64,000 bases of DNA. It comes from an uncultured Clostridia bacterium. GTDB lineage: Bacteria > Bacillota > Clostridia > TANB77 > CAG-508. The position numbers and the translations under genes were made by a program. Where the stretch lies: NCBI GenBank assembly GCA_944386755.1, contig CALXCF010000003.1, forward strand, positions 26,689 through 90,688, given 5' to 3'. The notes beneath the pieces were generated by a model. The model was not told the origin of the DNA and made no database searches. It saw nothing but the letters and a program-made list of their open reading frames with translations. Position 1 is the stretch's first letter. Every line of letters starts with the position of its first letter. Positions 10,064 to 20,909 of the stretch are shown in pieces.

Positions 10064-12355
10064 TTACATAATATCATATTCACAAACATTAACCGTTTTA
10101 ATATCCACTTTTGAAAAATCATTATCTTTTTCATCAAAATGAACTATATGAAATTCTTTTTTACCTTTTCGTTCTAATTGTAATTTACTAATATCTACTA
10201 AAATCTTTGTAGATAAGTCCTGTCCAACTGGCAATGTTTTATTCTGATTATCATAAAATATAATATTTGTATAACTAATTGCGTTAATCCCTTTTCTTAA
10301 ATTTATTTTATATAAATTTATCTTGTTACCAACTTTTTCTACTATATCATTGATCTCAAGTTCTTCATTTATATTAAATAAATTCATATTATTCTTTTCT
10401 AATTTTCCATCACTAATTGCTTTATATATTGGTAAATCATCAACTACAACAACTTTTTGGATAGCATTTTTAATATTTTCAACAACTTTTTCTAATGTTA
10501 ATTTATATCCCAATTGTTTTGTATTTTTATTAATTTCCAAAATACTATACTTATCTTTTGCTATTTCTCTATGTTTTTTATTATTTATTTTTGATACCTT
10601 TGTTCTGTCTTGTGCCATTCCTCCAAAAATGTCGAATTCTTCATCTGCTGTTAACATTTTTTCTTCTTTTGCTTTCTTTTTTAGCTCTTTTAAGCTATTT
10701 TCAATATCTTTAGGCACAAATTCATTATTTTTTACTTTATTTAGTATATCTTCTACATTTGTCGATAAAAGAAATAAGCTATCTGTTTCATCTTTCGTTA
10801 GAACTCTTCTTTGAATTTTATCCATCATTTTTCCAAATTTTTCAAAGTCCTCTTCAAAATCAAACACTTTTGTAATTTTCTTTATATTGCTTACTTCTTC
10901 TACTTCACCCTCTGCAAGTGTTGCAACTTCATCTTTATTTGTATATTTCCAGAATTCGAAAATACTTTTTTTATGACTATCTATTTCTTCAATAAATTTT
11001 GTTGCATTTTCTATTTTCTTTTTTCTATTTTTATTTTTCAATTTTAATGCATTTATATCCATTAATAAATTTTTTAAATCTGTTTCTATTTTTGCAAGTT
11101 GCTGATATAACTCAAGTAATTCTTCAATAGTATAATTATCTTTTTTAGATTTTGATTTAGCTTTTTTCTTTTTTGGTTTTTCCTGAGGTTCAATTTCTAC
11201 TACTGCCTCTTTCTTATCTATCTTTTTGTTTTTATTCTTTTTGCTATATTTAAAATAGTATTTAAACTTTCCAAAAAATGTTTTTTTACATTCTAAAAAA
11301 GTTGAAATTTGTTTTTCTTTTGCAAGATATTCAATTTCTTGCATTGCTCCTTCTTCTTGCAATTTTTTTATTTTTTTCTGATTTTCATCAATTAGTTCAT
11401 TTGCAACTTCTATTTTTTCTAATCCTAGCTCATATTGTTCAAATATCCATTGTGGCAATTCTAAATACTCCATTTTTATATCTTCAAAATAGAATTCTAT
11501 TTCACCATTTTTATCAATATCTGTCCTAAAACTAAAGTAATCTGGTAATTCTGTTTGTAATATAAACATGGCTTTTAATAATTTATAAAATTGTGTTGCT
11601 TCTTCTTTGCTTTTTAATTTTTTATTATATGAACTTTTCACCTTTTCATATACTTCAGTTTCCCCAACAATTTGAATAGTTAATTCATCTTTTTTATCAT
11701 ATACTTCATATATTAAAGGCCAATCTTTTGTAAATAACCATAAATAATTTTCTAAATCCTCAAATTCGTTTTTTCTTATATATTCACTTGTATATCCCAC
11801 ATTTCTAATAGGTACAAATATTTTTCCTGTTCTTCTTTTTTCTAATTGTTTTTTTAGCAAAAAGAAAAATGTAGAATAATCCGCTTCTTCTGTTGGAACT
11901 AGCATAAAATATTTATCTGTATTCTCTGAATAATATATTTGCCATAAATAATTTCCTTCAAACTTTACTTTAAATGGTATTTTTTTATTTAATTTCGCTT
12001 GTTCTTCTTCTACTTTTTCTATATCTTCTATTTTAACCTGCTTCAACATTTCTAAAAATTTAGTATGCTTTAATATATTTTCTTCCTTTTTCTGGTCTAA
12101 ATATTCATATAAAGGACTCGCTTTGCTATATTTTTCTTCTAATTCATCTAATCTATTTGATGGTGTTAATAATATTTGAATATCTTTTATTGGAATATAT
12201 CGATATTGCCTATATTGTTTTTCGTCATAAAATTTAGGTATCCTAAAATCTAATGGTTCAAATTTTTTTAATGATGCAGGTATTTTATCTAAGTTTAACC
12301 CAATGTATTCTAATTTTTCCCCTATGTTTTCTTGTACTTCTACTTTTTTAGGCAA
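10064..12355 (-). CDS. Large Lys/Glu-rich hypothetical protein with a central coiled coil
   Basis: 763-aa ORF, TTG start with GGGAG RBS; no motif recognised. Confidence 0.7.
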   Translation of the reverse strand: MPKKVEVQENIGEKLEYIGLNLDKIPASLKKFEPLDFRIPKFYDEKQYRQYRYIPIKDIQILLTPSNRLDELEEKYSKASPLYEYLDQKKEENILKHTKFLEMLKQVKIEDIEKVEEEQAKLNKKIPFKVKFEGNYLWQIYYSENTDKYFMLVPTEEADYSTFFFLLKKQLEKRRTGKIFVPIRNVGYTSEYIRKNEFEDLENYLWLFTKDWPLIYEVYDKKDELTIQIVGETEVYEKVKSSYNKKLKSKEEATQFYKLLKAMFILQTELPDYFSFRTDIDKNGEIEFYFEDIKMEYLELPQWIFEQYELGLEKIEVANELIDENQKKIKKLQEEGAMQEIEYLAKEKQISTFLECKKTFFGKFKYYFKYSKKNKNKKIDKKEAVVEIEPQEKPKKKKAKSKSKKDNYTIEELLELYQQLAKIETDLKNLLMDINALKLKNKNRKKKIENATKFIEEIDSHKKSIFEFWKYTNKDEVATLAEGEVEEVSNIKKITKVFDFEEDFEKFGKMMDKIQRRVLTKDETDSLFLLSTNVEDILNKVKNNEFVPKDIENSLKELKKKAKEEKMLTADEEFDIFGGMAQDRTKVSKINNKKHREIAKDKYSILEINKNTKQLGYKLTLEKVVENIKNAIQKVVVVDDLPIYKAISDGKLEKNNMNLFNINEELEINDIVEKVGNKINLYKINLRKGINAISYTNIIFYDNQNKTLPVGQDLSTKILVDISKLQLERKGKKEFHIVHFDEKDNDFSKVDIKTVNVCEYDIM

Positions 12356-12378
12356 TTTCTATTCTCTCCCTTCATTTG

Positions 12379-13284
12379 TTATTTTATAATCTCATAAAAA
12401 TTTTTAAATTCATATCCTTGTTCTCTTAAAAATGAAATAATTTGAGGCAATGCCTCTGCTGTTACCTTTTTGGCCGGTGCATCATGCATTAAAATAACAA
12501 TACTATTCTTATTTTGTACAGTTTCTTGTAATCTTAATAATTCAAAATCAATTGTTAGATTGTTTGTTTCAGCATCCCCATTTAAAGCATTCCAATCGAC
12601 ATGTACAATATTGTTTTGTTCTAACAATTCATTTGCTTGACATTTTATATCTGCATATTTTCCACCTACAAGTCCCCCTGGAAATCTAAACAAATGTGAA
12701 TTGTATTCTGGTACACCAATTGCATTTTTAACTGCTTCATTACATTTATTATACTCATCTAAAACTGCTTGTGGACTTGCATAGATATTTTCATAAACAT
12801 GTGAATATCCATGATTTGCAATATAATGTCCTTCATCATATATTCTTTTTACTACGTCTGGCTTTGCTTCTACACGTGATCCTAAAACAAAAAATGTTGC
12901 TTTTACATTTTCTTGTTTTAATACATCCAAAATAGTATTGGTTATACTTGAAGGTCCATCATCAAAAGTCAAAAAAGCTCTTTTAGTATCAGAATGATAT
13001 ATATTTTTTATATTTTCTTTTCCCTGTTCTGTTAGTTGTGGAATTTTAGCTTGTTTTTCTGCCTCTTGTCTTTCGATTTCTTGTTGTTTAAGTATTGCTA
13101 ATTGTTCTTCATATTGCTTATATATTTTATTATTTCTAATTATATCTATTGAATAACCAGCAATAAATATCAGTAGTGCTAAAATCAACACAATTAACAC
13201 TACTAATTGAATTCTTAATTTTTTAGTAAATTTATCTTTTGTATGTATTAAATATATATTTAGTTCTTTTCCTTCTCCTACCAT
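12379..13284 (-). CDS. Membrane-anchored polysaccharide (peptidoglycan) deacetylase, NodB/CE4
   Basis: N-terminal TM helix; TFDDGP, HGYSH, FRFPGG, LMHD motifs. Confidence 0.9.
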   Translation of the reverse strand: MVGEGKELNIYLIHTKDKFTKKLRIQLVVLIVLILALLIFIAGYSIDIIRNNKIYKQYEEQLAILKQQEIERQEAEKQAKIPQLTEQGKENIKNIYHSDTKRAFLTFDDGPSSITNTILDVLKQENVKATFFVLGSRVEAKPDVVKRIYDEGHYIANHGYSHVYENIYASPQAVLDEYNKCNEAVKNAIGVPEYNSHLFRFPGGLVGGKYADIKCQANELLEQNNIVHVDWNALNGDAETNNLTIDFELLRLQETVQNKNSIVILMHDAPAKKVTAEALPQIISFLREQGYEFKNFYEIIK

Positions 13285-13292
13285 TACATTTT

Positions 13293-13478
13293 CTACATCC
13301 CTTTTCCTTGAATATAAAACGCATAAGCTATAACTGCAATAAAGAATATTACTACAACTATTAATACTCTAAAAACTATATCTCCTAAAGTTGGTTCTTC
13401 CTTATGTTTTCCTTTTGTTACTTTCTTTTCTTTTTCATTTTGGCTTTGTAATTTTTTGTCGTCTTTTGTTTCTTTCAT
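13293..13478 (-). CDS. Small single-TM hypothetical protein
   Basis: 61 aa, basic N-terminus plus hydrophobic helix, GGGAG RBS. Confidence 0.6.
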   Translation of the reverse strand: MKETKDDKKLQSQNEKEKKVTKGKHKEEPTLGDIVFRVLIVVVIFFIAVIAYAFYIQGKGM

Positions 13479-13524
13479 ACTAATTCTCTCCCTTCATTTT
13501 TTAATAGATTTATTGCTTTTATTA

Positions 13525-15105
13525 TTAACTATTTTTCATCGCACTTTGTAAGTATTCTATTTCTTCTTCCGGTTTTAATCTCATAAAAATTGGTTCACCT
13601 TTTTCAATTACTTTAACATTTTCTATTTTGTTGTATCTTCCTTTTAAGCTATCCCAGTTTTTAAGATTTTCATCTTTTACACCTATTTGTCTTAGTATAT
13701 TATCTGCGGTATCATTCATAAATGGTTTAATTAATATTGCTATTCTTCTTAAATTTTCAATCAAATGATACATTGATGACTTTAATTCTTCTTGTTTTTC
13801 TTCTTTTGCCAAACTCCAAGGCATTGTTTCATCAATATATTTATTTGTTCTAGAAATCAAATTCCAAATATCTTGAATACTATTTGCTATTTCGTATTCA
13901 TTCCATTTCTCATCAAATTTATTGATTTGTTCAATAGTATATTTTTCAAATTCTTCGTCAACTTCATTTGGTGTTCCATTATATTCTGGAACTTGTCCAT
14001 CAAAATATTTATTTACCATTGATACAGTTCTATTTAATAAATTACTTAAATCATTACATAAGTCAAAATTATATCTTTCAACAAAACTTTCTGGTGAGAA
14101 TATTCCATCTTGTGATACAGGCAATTCTCTTAACAAGAAATACCTAGTAGCATCTAAACCATATCTATCAATTAGTGTTTCAGGATATATTACATTTCCC
14201 TTTGATTTTGACATCTTGCCATCTTTCATCATAAACCAGTTGTGAACTAAAATTGTTTTTGGTAATGGCAAATCTAATGCCATTAGGAATATTGGCCAAT
14301 AAATCAAATGAAATCTTGCAATGTCCTTTCCAACTATTTGTAAATCTGCTGGCCAGTATTTTTTGAATAATGTATCATCTTCTGATAAATATCCTAATGC
14401 TGTTAAATAATTGGTTAAAGCATCTACCCAGACATATATTACATGTTTTGGATCTTTTAAGACTTTTATTCCCCAGTCAAAGGAATTTCTCGTTACACAT
14501 AAATCTTCTAGTCCTGGTTTTATGAAGTTATTTATCATTTCTGTTTTTCTGTAAGCTGGTTTTATAAAGTCTGGATGTTCATCATAATATTTCAATAATT
14601 TATCAACATATTTTGTCATGTTGAAGAAATATGCTTCTTCTTTCATTAGCTTAACTTCTCTGCCACAATCTGGACATTTTCCATCAACTAATTGTGTTTC
14701 AGTAAAATATGTTTCACATGGTATACAATACCATCCTTCATATTCACCTTTATATATATCGCCTTGCTCCATAAATCTATCAAATATTTTTTGAACTATT
14801 TTTGTGTGTCTTTCTTCAGTTGTCTGAATGAAATCATCATATTGTATGTCCATTTTTGCCCATAATTCTTTTGCCATTTTTGCCATTTCATCAACATACT
14901 CTTTTGGTGTTTTTCCAGCATCTTCTGCTTTTTGTTGTATTTTTTGTCCATGCTCATCTGTTCCTGTTAGCATATATGTGTCTTCACCTTTTAGTTTATG
15001 GTATCTCTTCATGCTATCTGCTAACACTGTTGTATATGCTGTTCCTATGTGGAATCTTCCACTTGGATAATATATTGGTGTTGTTACATAAAATTTATCA
15101 CTCAT
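13525..15105 (-). CDS. metG: Methionine-tRNA ligase (short form, no C-terminal tRNA-binding domain)
   Basis: YVTTPIYY, HIGT (HIGH) and KMSKS motifs; real start MSDKFY at 15105 with AGGAGG; the longer ORF-track N-terminus reads through a repeat. Confidence 0.95.
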   Translation of the reverse strand: MSDKFYVTTPIYYPSGRFHIGTAYTTVLADSMKRYHKLKGEDTYMLTGTDEHGQKIQQKAEDAGKTPKEYVDEMAKMAKELWAKMDIQYDDFIQTTEERHTKIVQKIFDRFMEQGDIYKGEYEGWYCIPCETYFTETQLVDGKCPDCGREVKLMKEEAYFFNMTKYVDKLLKYYDEHPDFIKPAYRKTEMINNFIKPGLEDLCVTRNSFDWGIKVLKDPKHVIYVWVDALTNYLTALGYLSEDDTLFKKYWPADLQIVGKDIARFHLIYWPIFLMALDLPLPKTILVHNWFMMKDGKMSKSKGNVIYPETLIDRYGLDATRYFLLRELPVSQDGIFSPESFVERYNFDLCNDLSNLLNRTVSMVNKYFDGQVPEYNGTPNEVDEEFEKYTIEQINKFDEKWNEYEIANSIQDIWNLISRTNKYIDETMPWSLAKEEKQEELKSSMYHLIENLRRIAILIKPFMNDTADNILRQIGVKDENLKNWDSLKGRYNKIENVKVIEKGEPIFMRLKPEEEIEYLQSAMKNS

Positions 15106-15118
15106 TTTTTCTCCTCCT

Positions 15119-15174
15119 TGTCTCATTTGGGACGTTTCTGTTTGAGACATTTTGTCCATTTTGGGACACTTCTT
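15119..15174. repeat. GTCCC REP-like repeat
   Basis: Reverse complement aagaagtgtcccaaaatggacaaaatgtctcaaacagaaacgtcccaaatgagaca closely matches 54881-54936. Confidence 0.7.
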
Positions 15175-15297
15175 ATGATTTTTTATTCTCTTTTTTACTA
15201 AAACTATCTTATCATAATTGAAGAAAAATAGCAATAAAATTTTATTGCTATTTCAAGATTTTCAATAAATTGCTTAGATTTGTTTGCTATTCTCTAA

Positions 15298-15350
15298 GGT
15301 CCGTCCCTAAATCCCTGTTTTTAGGGATTTTTAGGACCGTCCCCTAATCC
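15298..15350. repeat. GTCCC/AATCCC REP-like repeat
   Basis: ggtccgtccctaaatccct...agggatttttaggaccgtcccctaatccc is nearly identical to 44036-44090. Confidence 0.7.
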
Positions 15351-18070
15351 CCTTTTACAGTATTTATTTTAAATAACTTAAATAGTTCTACTATTATTAA
15401 TGGCGCTATAATTAATCCAATTAATTCAACAATATTTTCTGTTGGTAATACTGGTATACTAAATACATTTCTTAATGCTGGTACAAGTAATATTATTAAC
15501 ATTAAAGCTGCAGAACCAAGTGTTGCCCATATTAGCTTGCTATTGCCTTTTATTCCTGTTTTAAATATTGATAATTTATTATTTCTTATACTATATACAT
15601 GCACTAGTTCTGAAAAAGCAAGTGTTACAAATGCCATTGTTTGTCCTACTTCAATTTTTGATTCATCTAATGTTAATCCATCTATTGGTGTAGTTGTTGT
15701 AGCTAATCCTATCATAAATGCTGCAAGTGTTAGTAATCCTATCATTACTCCTTGATAGATTACTCTCCATGTCATTCCTTTTGTAAATACTCCTTTTCCT
15801 GGTTTATTTGGTTTTCTATTCATTATGTCTTTATTTGCTGGGTCAAATGCTAATGCTAATGCTGGTAAAGAGTCTGTTACTAGGTTTATCCATAATATGT
15901 GTATTGGTAATAAAATTTCTAAATGTGCTATATCTGTTATTCCAAACCAATTTGCAAATAATGGTGTACATAATGTTGCTAAAAATAATACTACAATTTC
16001 TCCAACGTTACTTGATAATAAAAATTGTATTACTTTTAAGATATTATCATAAATACGTCTACCTTCTTCTACTGCTGATACTATTGTTGCAAAGTTGTCA
16101 TCTGTTAATATCACATCTGCTGCTTCTTTTGCAACATCTGTTCCTACAATTCCCATTGCACATCCTATATCAGATGTTTTTAATGCTGGACTATCATTTA
16201 CTCCATCACCTGTCATAGCAACTATTTCGCCATTTTTTTGCCATGCTTTTACTATTCTTACTTTATGCTCTGGTGAAACTCTAGCATATACTGAATAATG
16301 TCTTACATTTTTCTCTAAATCTTCATCTGACATTTTTTCTAATTCTGTACCTGTTATTGCTTCATCTTCATTTTCTAATATTCCTAATTTTTTAGCTATT
16401 GCTGTTGCTGTAATTTTATGATCTCCTGTTATCATTACTGTTTTGATTCCTGCTGTTTTACATTTTTCTACTGCTTTTTTAGCTTCTTCTCTAGGGGGGT
16501 CAATCATTCCTACCATTCCAATAAATATTAAGTCATTTTCTATTGATTCCATTTCTTCTTTTGATGGTTCATGGTCTATTTCTTTATATGCTCCGGCAAG
16601 TACTCTTAAAGCTTCTTTTGCCATTATTTCATTATTTTCTCTTATTGTTTTTGTATAATTTTCTAAGTCTTGTTTTATTTCTCCATTTAAAAGATAGCTA
16701 TTACATCTATTTAATAATTCATCTACTCCACCTTTTGTAAATACAACATATTTTCCATTTACTTTATTTACTGTTGTCATTAATTTTCTATCTGAATCGA
16801 ATGGTATTTCCTCTACACGTGGCATTTGGTCATATATACTTGGGTCAAAGTCTAATCTAAATGCCATATCTACTAAAGCTGTTTCTGTTGGATCTCCTGT
16901 TAGTGTTCCATCTTTTGAAATTTTTGTATCATTACAAAACATATTTACATATACTAATTTTTTAATATCTTCAGTGATATTGTTTTTATATTCCTCTAAA
17001 TCTTTTGTTTCTGAATTTATAAAGATTTTTTCTACTGTCATTTTATTTTGTGTTAAAGTTCCTGTTTTATCTGAACAAATTACTGTTGCACTTCCTAAAG
17101 TTTCAACTGCTGGAAGTCTTTTTACAATTGCATTCCTTTTAACCATTTTTTGAACACCAATTGCAAGTACTATTGTAGATACTGCAACTAGACCTTCTGG
17201 TATTGCTGCAACTGCAAGTGATACTGCTGTCATAAACATATGGATTGGTTCTTTTCCTTGTATTAAACCAACTATGAATATAAATACACAAATTACCAAT
17301 GCTGCAATTCCTAATGTCTTTCCTAATTTATTTAATTTATCTTGAAGAGGTGTAGTTTGTTCATCTGCTTGATTTATCATTCCAGCTATTTTTCCAACTT
17401 CTGTTGTCATTCCTGTTTCAACTACTATTCCTTTTCCTCTACCATATGTTACTAAACTTGATGAAAATAACATATTTAGTCTATCTCCTAAACTTGTTTC
17501 TTCATCATCTATTTTTTCTGTTGTTTTTTCAACTGGTACTGATTCTCCTGTTAATGATGCTTCTTGCGATTTTAAATTTACTGCTTCAATGATCCTTAAA
17601 TCTGCTGGAATATAGTCTCCTGTATCTAAGACTACTATATCTCCTGGTACTAATTCTTTTGCTGGAATTACTGTTACTTCTCCATTTCTAATTACTTTTG
17701 ATGCATGGTCTGTTAGTTTTTGAAGTGCCTCTAATGATTTTTCGGCTTTTGCTTCTTGAGTTACTCCTATTATTGCATTTACTACAACAACTATTAATAT
17801 TATTATTGTATCTGTTATTCCTTCTCCTTCTGCAACTCCAACTACTCCAGATACTATTGCTGCAATAATTAATACAATTATTGAGAAGTCTTTAAATTGG
17901 TCTAAAAATTTTTGAAATAAACTTTTTTTCTTTTTTGATTTCAATTCATTTAGTCCATATTTTTCTCTTCTTTTTGCAACCTCCTCAGTTGTTAGTCCTT
18001 TTTCTAGATTTGTCTCTAGTTCTTTTTCTACTTCTTTAACATCCTTTTGAAACCAATTGCTATTTTGCAA
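15344..18070 (-). CDS. P-type IIA cation-transporting ATPase (Ca2+/Mn2+, PMR1/YloB/YoaB-like)
   Basis: LTGES, PEGL, DKTGTLT, TGDGVND motifs; 908 aa. Confidence 0.93.
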   Translation of the reverse strand: MQNSNWFQKDVKEVEKELETNLEKGLTTEEVAKRREKYGLNELKSKKKKSLFQKFLDQFKDFSIIVLIIAAIVSGVVGVAEGEGITDTIIILIVVVVNAIIGVTQEAKAEKSLEALQKLTDHASKVIRNGEVTVIPAKELVPGDIVVLDTGDYIPADLRIIEAVNLKSQEASLTGESVPVEKTTEKIDDEETSLGDRLNMLFSSSLVTYGRGKGIVVETGMTTEVGKIAGMINQADEQTTPLQDKLNKLGKTLGIAALVICVFIFIVGLIQGKEPIHMFMTAVSLAVAAIPEGLVAVSTIVLAIGVQKMVKRNAIVKRLPAVETLGSATVICSDKTGTLTQNKMTVEKIFINSETKDLEEYKNNITEDIKKLVYVNMFCNDTKISKDGTLTGDPTETALVDMAFRLDFDPSIYDQMPRVEEIPFDSDRKLMTTVNKVNGKYVVFTKGGVDELLNRCNSYLLNGEIKQDLENYTKTIRENNEIMAKEALRVLAGAYKEIDHEPSKEEMESIENDLIFIGMVGMIDPPREEAKKAVEKCKTAGIKTVMITGDHKITATAIAKKLGILENEDEAITGTELEKMSDEDLEKNVRHYSVYARVSPEHKVRIVKAWQKNGEIVAMTGDGVNDSPALKTSDIGCAMGIVGTDVAKEAADVILTDDNFATIVSAVEEGRRIYDNILKVIQFLLSSNVGEIVVLFLATLCTPLFANWFGITDIAHLEILLPIHILWINLVTDSLPALALAFDPANKDIMNRKPNKPGKGVFTKGMTWRVIYQGVMIGLLTLAAFMIGLATTTTPIDGLTLDESKIEVGQTMAFVTLAFSELVHVYSIRNNKLSIFKTGIKGNSKLIWATLGSAALMLIILLVPALRNVFSIPVLPTENIVELIGLIIAPLIIVELFKLFKINTVKGD

Positions 18071-18142
18071 TTTTCATCAACTCCTTATTTATATATTGTA
18101 TATTTTAAACAATTTTGTAAATAATATTATAAAAATATAAAA

Positions 18143-18281
18143 GAGACTTTTAAAAGGTTGTACAAATTTTGATTTGTGTCTCCTTTTAAAAGTCTCGCTT
18201 ACTATTTATTTTAGCTTACTAACCAGATACTTTTTGAATATCGCGTCTGTTGATTAGTAATTTTAAGCTACTCCCTTTTAA
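18143..18281 (-). promoter_or_regulatory. yybP-ykoY (Mn2+-sensing) riboswitch with terminator
   Basis: Minus strand AAAAGGGAGTAGC...TCAACAGAC...AAGCGAGACTTTT, followed by hairpin gagacttttaaaagg/ccttttaaaagtctc and a U tract; upstream of a P-type ATPase, the usual context for this class. Confidence 0.75.
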
Positions 18282-18486
18282 TTCTATTTCATACTATATT
18301 TGGTGACCCCTGCCATATCATAACCTCTACAACACCTGAAATCACTATGTTTTCATTTCTTATTGAGAGTTAATATGTAAGGTTTTAATTTATACTTTAT
18401 TAATTCCTTTTAATCTTTCTTACTATTTTTTACAATTATAACATTCTATTTTAAAAATCAATAATGATATACTATTAATTTGCAAA

Positions 18487-18807
18487 TTAAGCTACTTTTA
18501 TCCCCGTATTCATAACTTCTTGAACAAAAGGATTTGAAGCACTTATATAATCCTCTGTTGATATTGGGTGTGGCTCTATTCGTGTATCTATCTTCCAAGT
18601 TAAACCTATTAGCTTTGCACCATCTTCAATAATATCATTAAAATCACTTGAAACAATTGCTATATCTATATCACTCTCTTCATTTTCTGTTCCTTTTGCA
18701 TAAGAACCAAACAATATAATTGCCTCTATCTTATAATATTGACTTATCTTTTCTATATATTTTTGTATAGATTCCATTATTGATTTTTCAATAAACTTTT
18801 TAGCCAT
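18487..18807 (-). CDS. Minimal nucleotidyltransferase (MNT) antitoxin
   Basis: ILFGSYAKG...SDIDIAIV motif; overlaps the HEPN gene. Confidence 0.88.
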   Translation of the reverse strand: MAKKFIEKSIMESIQKYIEKISQYYKIEAIILFGSYAKGTENEESDIDIAIVSSDFNDIIEDGAKLIGLTWKIDTRIEPHPISTEDYISASNPFVQEVMNTGIKVA

Positions 18808-19178
18808 ATTCTAACCTCCTCAATATTTTTTATTTGCATAGCAGTATATTCATCAGTACATTTTTTGTTGAAACTCTCTTTATAATCATCATATCTTGCA
18901 CTTATATTAAACTGTGTAATTATTTGTAATTTTTCAACTTGCTCATCTGTTAAATCTAAATTGCATTTTTCGGCAAGAGCTAATAAGTTATGAGATTTCA
19001 TTGTATATGGATTTTCTTTATTGTTTTTTGCATATAACCCTTTTAATAACTTCTCTACTACCAAATGACCAAAAAATAAACTGTAACTATTTTTTTTACC
19101 TTTATATAAATATTTCATTACATTATAATCTTCTTCACTACTATTTATCCAATATTCCATTAAATTAATATTATCCAT
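18777..19178 (-). CDS. HEPN domain protein (HEPN-MNT toxin-antitoxin pair)
   Basis: SLFFGHLVVEKLLKG, SHNLLAL, ARY motifs typical of HEPN partners of MNT. Confidence 0.85.
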   Translation of the reverse strand: MDNINLMEYWINSSEEDYNVMKYLYKGKKNSYSLFFGHLVVEKLLKGLYAKNNKENPYTMKSHNLLALAEKCNLDLTDEQVEKLQIITQFNISARYDDYKESFNKKCTDEYTAMQIKNIEEVRIWLKSLLKNQ

Positions 19179-19454
19179 TTATACCACCTACCTCTATAAA
19201 AGTTATCATTATTATAGCATTATTTATAATAATTTACTATAAAATTATAAAAATTTTCAGAGAAATTTTATAAAATATTAAATTTTCTTAACCTTAATCA
19301 CTATCATCAATTAGGAGTGATTAAGGTTTTATATAAAATACATCTATTAATAATTATTAATATTTTCTAATATTTTTAATTATTTTATAAAAATTATTAA
19401 TATTTCTAAATATTTTTTGCTAATTTTTACATTAATTAGTTTACAAAAATAGTC

Positions 19455-19518
19455 ATAGGGCTTTGCCCTATCAAACAGAACACTTTCGCATGAAAGTGTT
19501 CTAATATGTTATAACACT
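19455..19518 (+). promoter_or_regulatory. Putative oriT (MOBV/pMV158-type)
   Basis: Inverted repeats atagggc-ttt-gccctat (19455-19471) and agaacactttc-gcat-gaaagtgttct (19477-19502), then tgttataac, directly upstream of a mob remnant. Confidence 0.6.
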
Positions 19519-19561
19519 TAAACATTTTCAAAAAAAATAAATTATTAGGAGGTATTTAATC

Positions 19562-20041
19562 ATGAGTTATGCAATTATAATAAATACTAACTATAAAATG
19601 AAAAACTTACCTGGTATATATAGACATAATGAAAGAAAAAATACTAATTATTCTAATAAAGATATTAACAAAAGTAAGTCAAAAGAAAACTATTCGATAA
19701 AATCTCCTTCTACTACTTATACTAAACTATTTCAATTAATTAAAGAAAAATACAATTTAAAAGGACAAATTAAATCTGTAAGTAATGTCGCTTGTGAATA
19801 TATAATTACATCTGATAAGGATTTTTTTGATAATATTGGCATAGAAGAAACAAAAAGATTTTTTAAGTCTGCATATTCTTTTGTCTGTAATTAGAAGCAA
19901 GAAAACTTATCTTTAAGAAAAAGAATAACAAAACTTAAAAATTATATAAAAAATATATTTCACATTTTGCAAACCTGTTTTAATATTCCTAAAAAAACTT
20001 TTCTAAATCTTTTATCTAATCATGAAAAATATATTAAATAA
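19562..20041 (+). pseudogene. MobV/Pre relaxase remnant (internal deletion)
   Basis: MSYAI...RHNER...NKDIN...EYIITSD..FF is the Mob_Pre N-terminus; it stops at TAG 19892-19894 before any HxDExxPHxH motif; an in-frame tail KQENLSLRKRITKLKNYIK... follows the stop. Confidence 0.75.
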
Positions 20042-20145
20042 TAAATACAATTTATATATATGTTTATTTTCGACAATATAGTATTGCCTTTTACTATGTG
20101 ATTTTATTATAGAATAATATAAAATTTATTAGGAGTTTATGTGTT

Positions 20146-20403
20146 ATGAGTGGTAGTAAAAAGTTAAATAATAAATCAAATGTAATTTCTGAAAATTTTA
20201 AAAGATTTAGACAAGAAAGTGGATATTCACAAAGCAAATTATGTGAAAAATTAGAATTAATGGGACTACAATTATATAAAGCTGATATTTATTCAATAGA
20301 ACATAATAAACGCTCTGTAAAAGATTTTGAACTATTAGCTTTTTCTATTGTATTTAATAAACCTCTTACAGAATTTTTCAAAGGTGTTAAAGATTTTGAA
20401 TAA
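20146..20403 (+). CDS. XRE-family helix-turn-helix regulator
   Basis: FRQESGYSQSKLCEKL...IEHNKRSVKDFEL; paralog of 24996-25241. Confidence 0.85.
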   Translation: MSGSKKLNNKSNVISENFKRFRQESGYSQSKLCEKLELMGLQLYKADIYSIEHNKRSVKDFELLAFSIVFNKPLTEFFKGVKDFE

Positions 20404-20463
20404 TGATAAGAAAAATATATTATAAAAACTGAAACTATTTATTTGAATGTAGTTAATACAAAA

Positions 20464-20796
20464 TTAGCTACATTCATTTTTTATTTTTAAACCATCTATT
20501 ACCCCTATTTTATATGCAATATATTTTTCTTCTTCTACATATATATTTTTTGCCTTTTCTAATTTTTTATCAATACTTTTCTTACATAAACTTAAAGATA
20601 AAAAACTTTTACCTTTCTCCATATTTTCAAGATATTTTAAATAAACTTTCTTTCTATTTTTTATATCTAATTTAATATCTTCTAATTTATTATACTTATC
20701 TAAAATATCTAATATATCAATAAATTGAGCTATCATAAAAATTTCATTATCATTTAATTCTTTTTTAATATTATTATCCATTTTCTTCAACTCCAA
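20464..20796 (-). CDS. Hypothetical protein
   Basis: 110-aa ORF ending AYKIGVIDGLKI; no family recognised. Confidence 0.5.
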   Translation of the reverse strand: MELKKMDNNIKKELNDNEIFMIAQFIDILDILDKYNKLEDIKLDIKNRKKVYLKYLENMEKGKSFLSLSLCKKSIDKKLEKAKNIYVEEEKYIAYKIGVIDGLKIKNECS

Positions 20797-20909
20797 CTTT
20801 TTTTATAAATTTTATCATTTTTATAATATTTTGGCAAGACTTTCTTGCCGTTTTATGTTATAATATTTTTGAAAATTTAATTTTTAATATTACTATTGGA
20901 GGTTTTAAG

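Noticed and set aside
15106-15234. N-terminal extension of MetG (and similarly RbgA 28177-28227)
   Set aside because: These read through REP-like repeats; the downstream ATGs have good RBSs and match the family N-termini.
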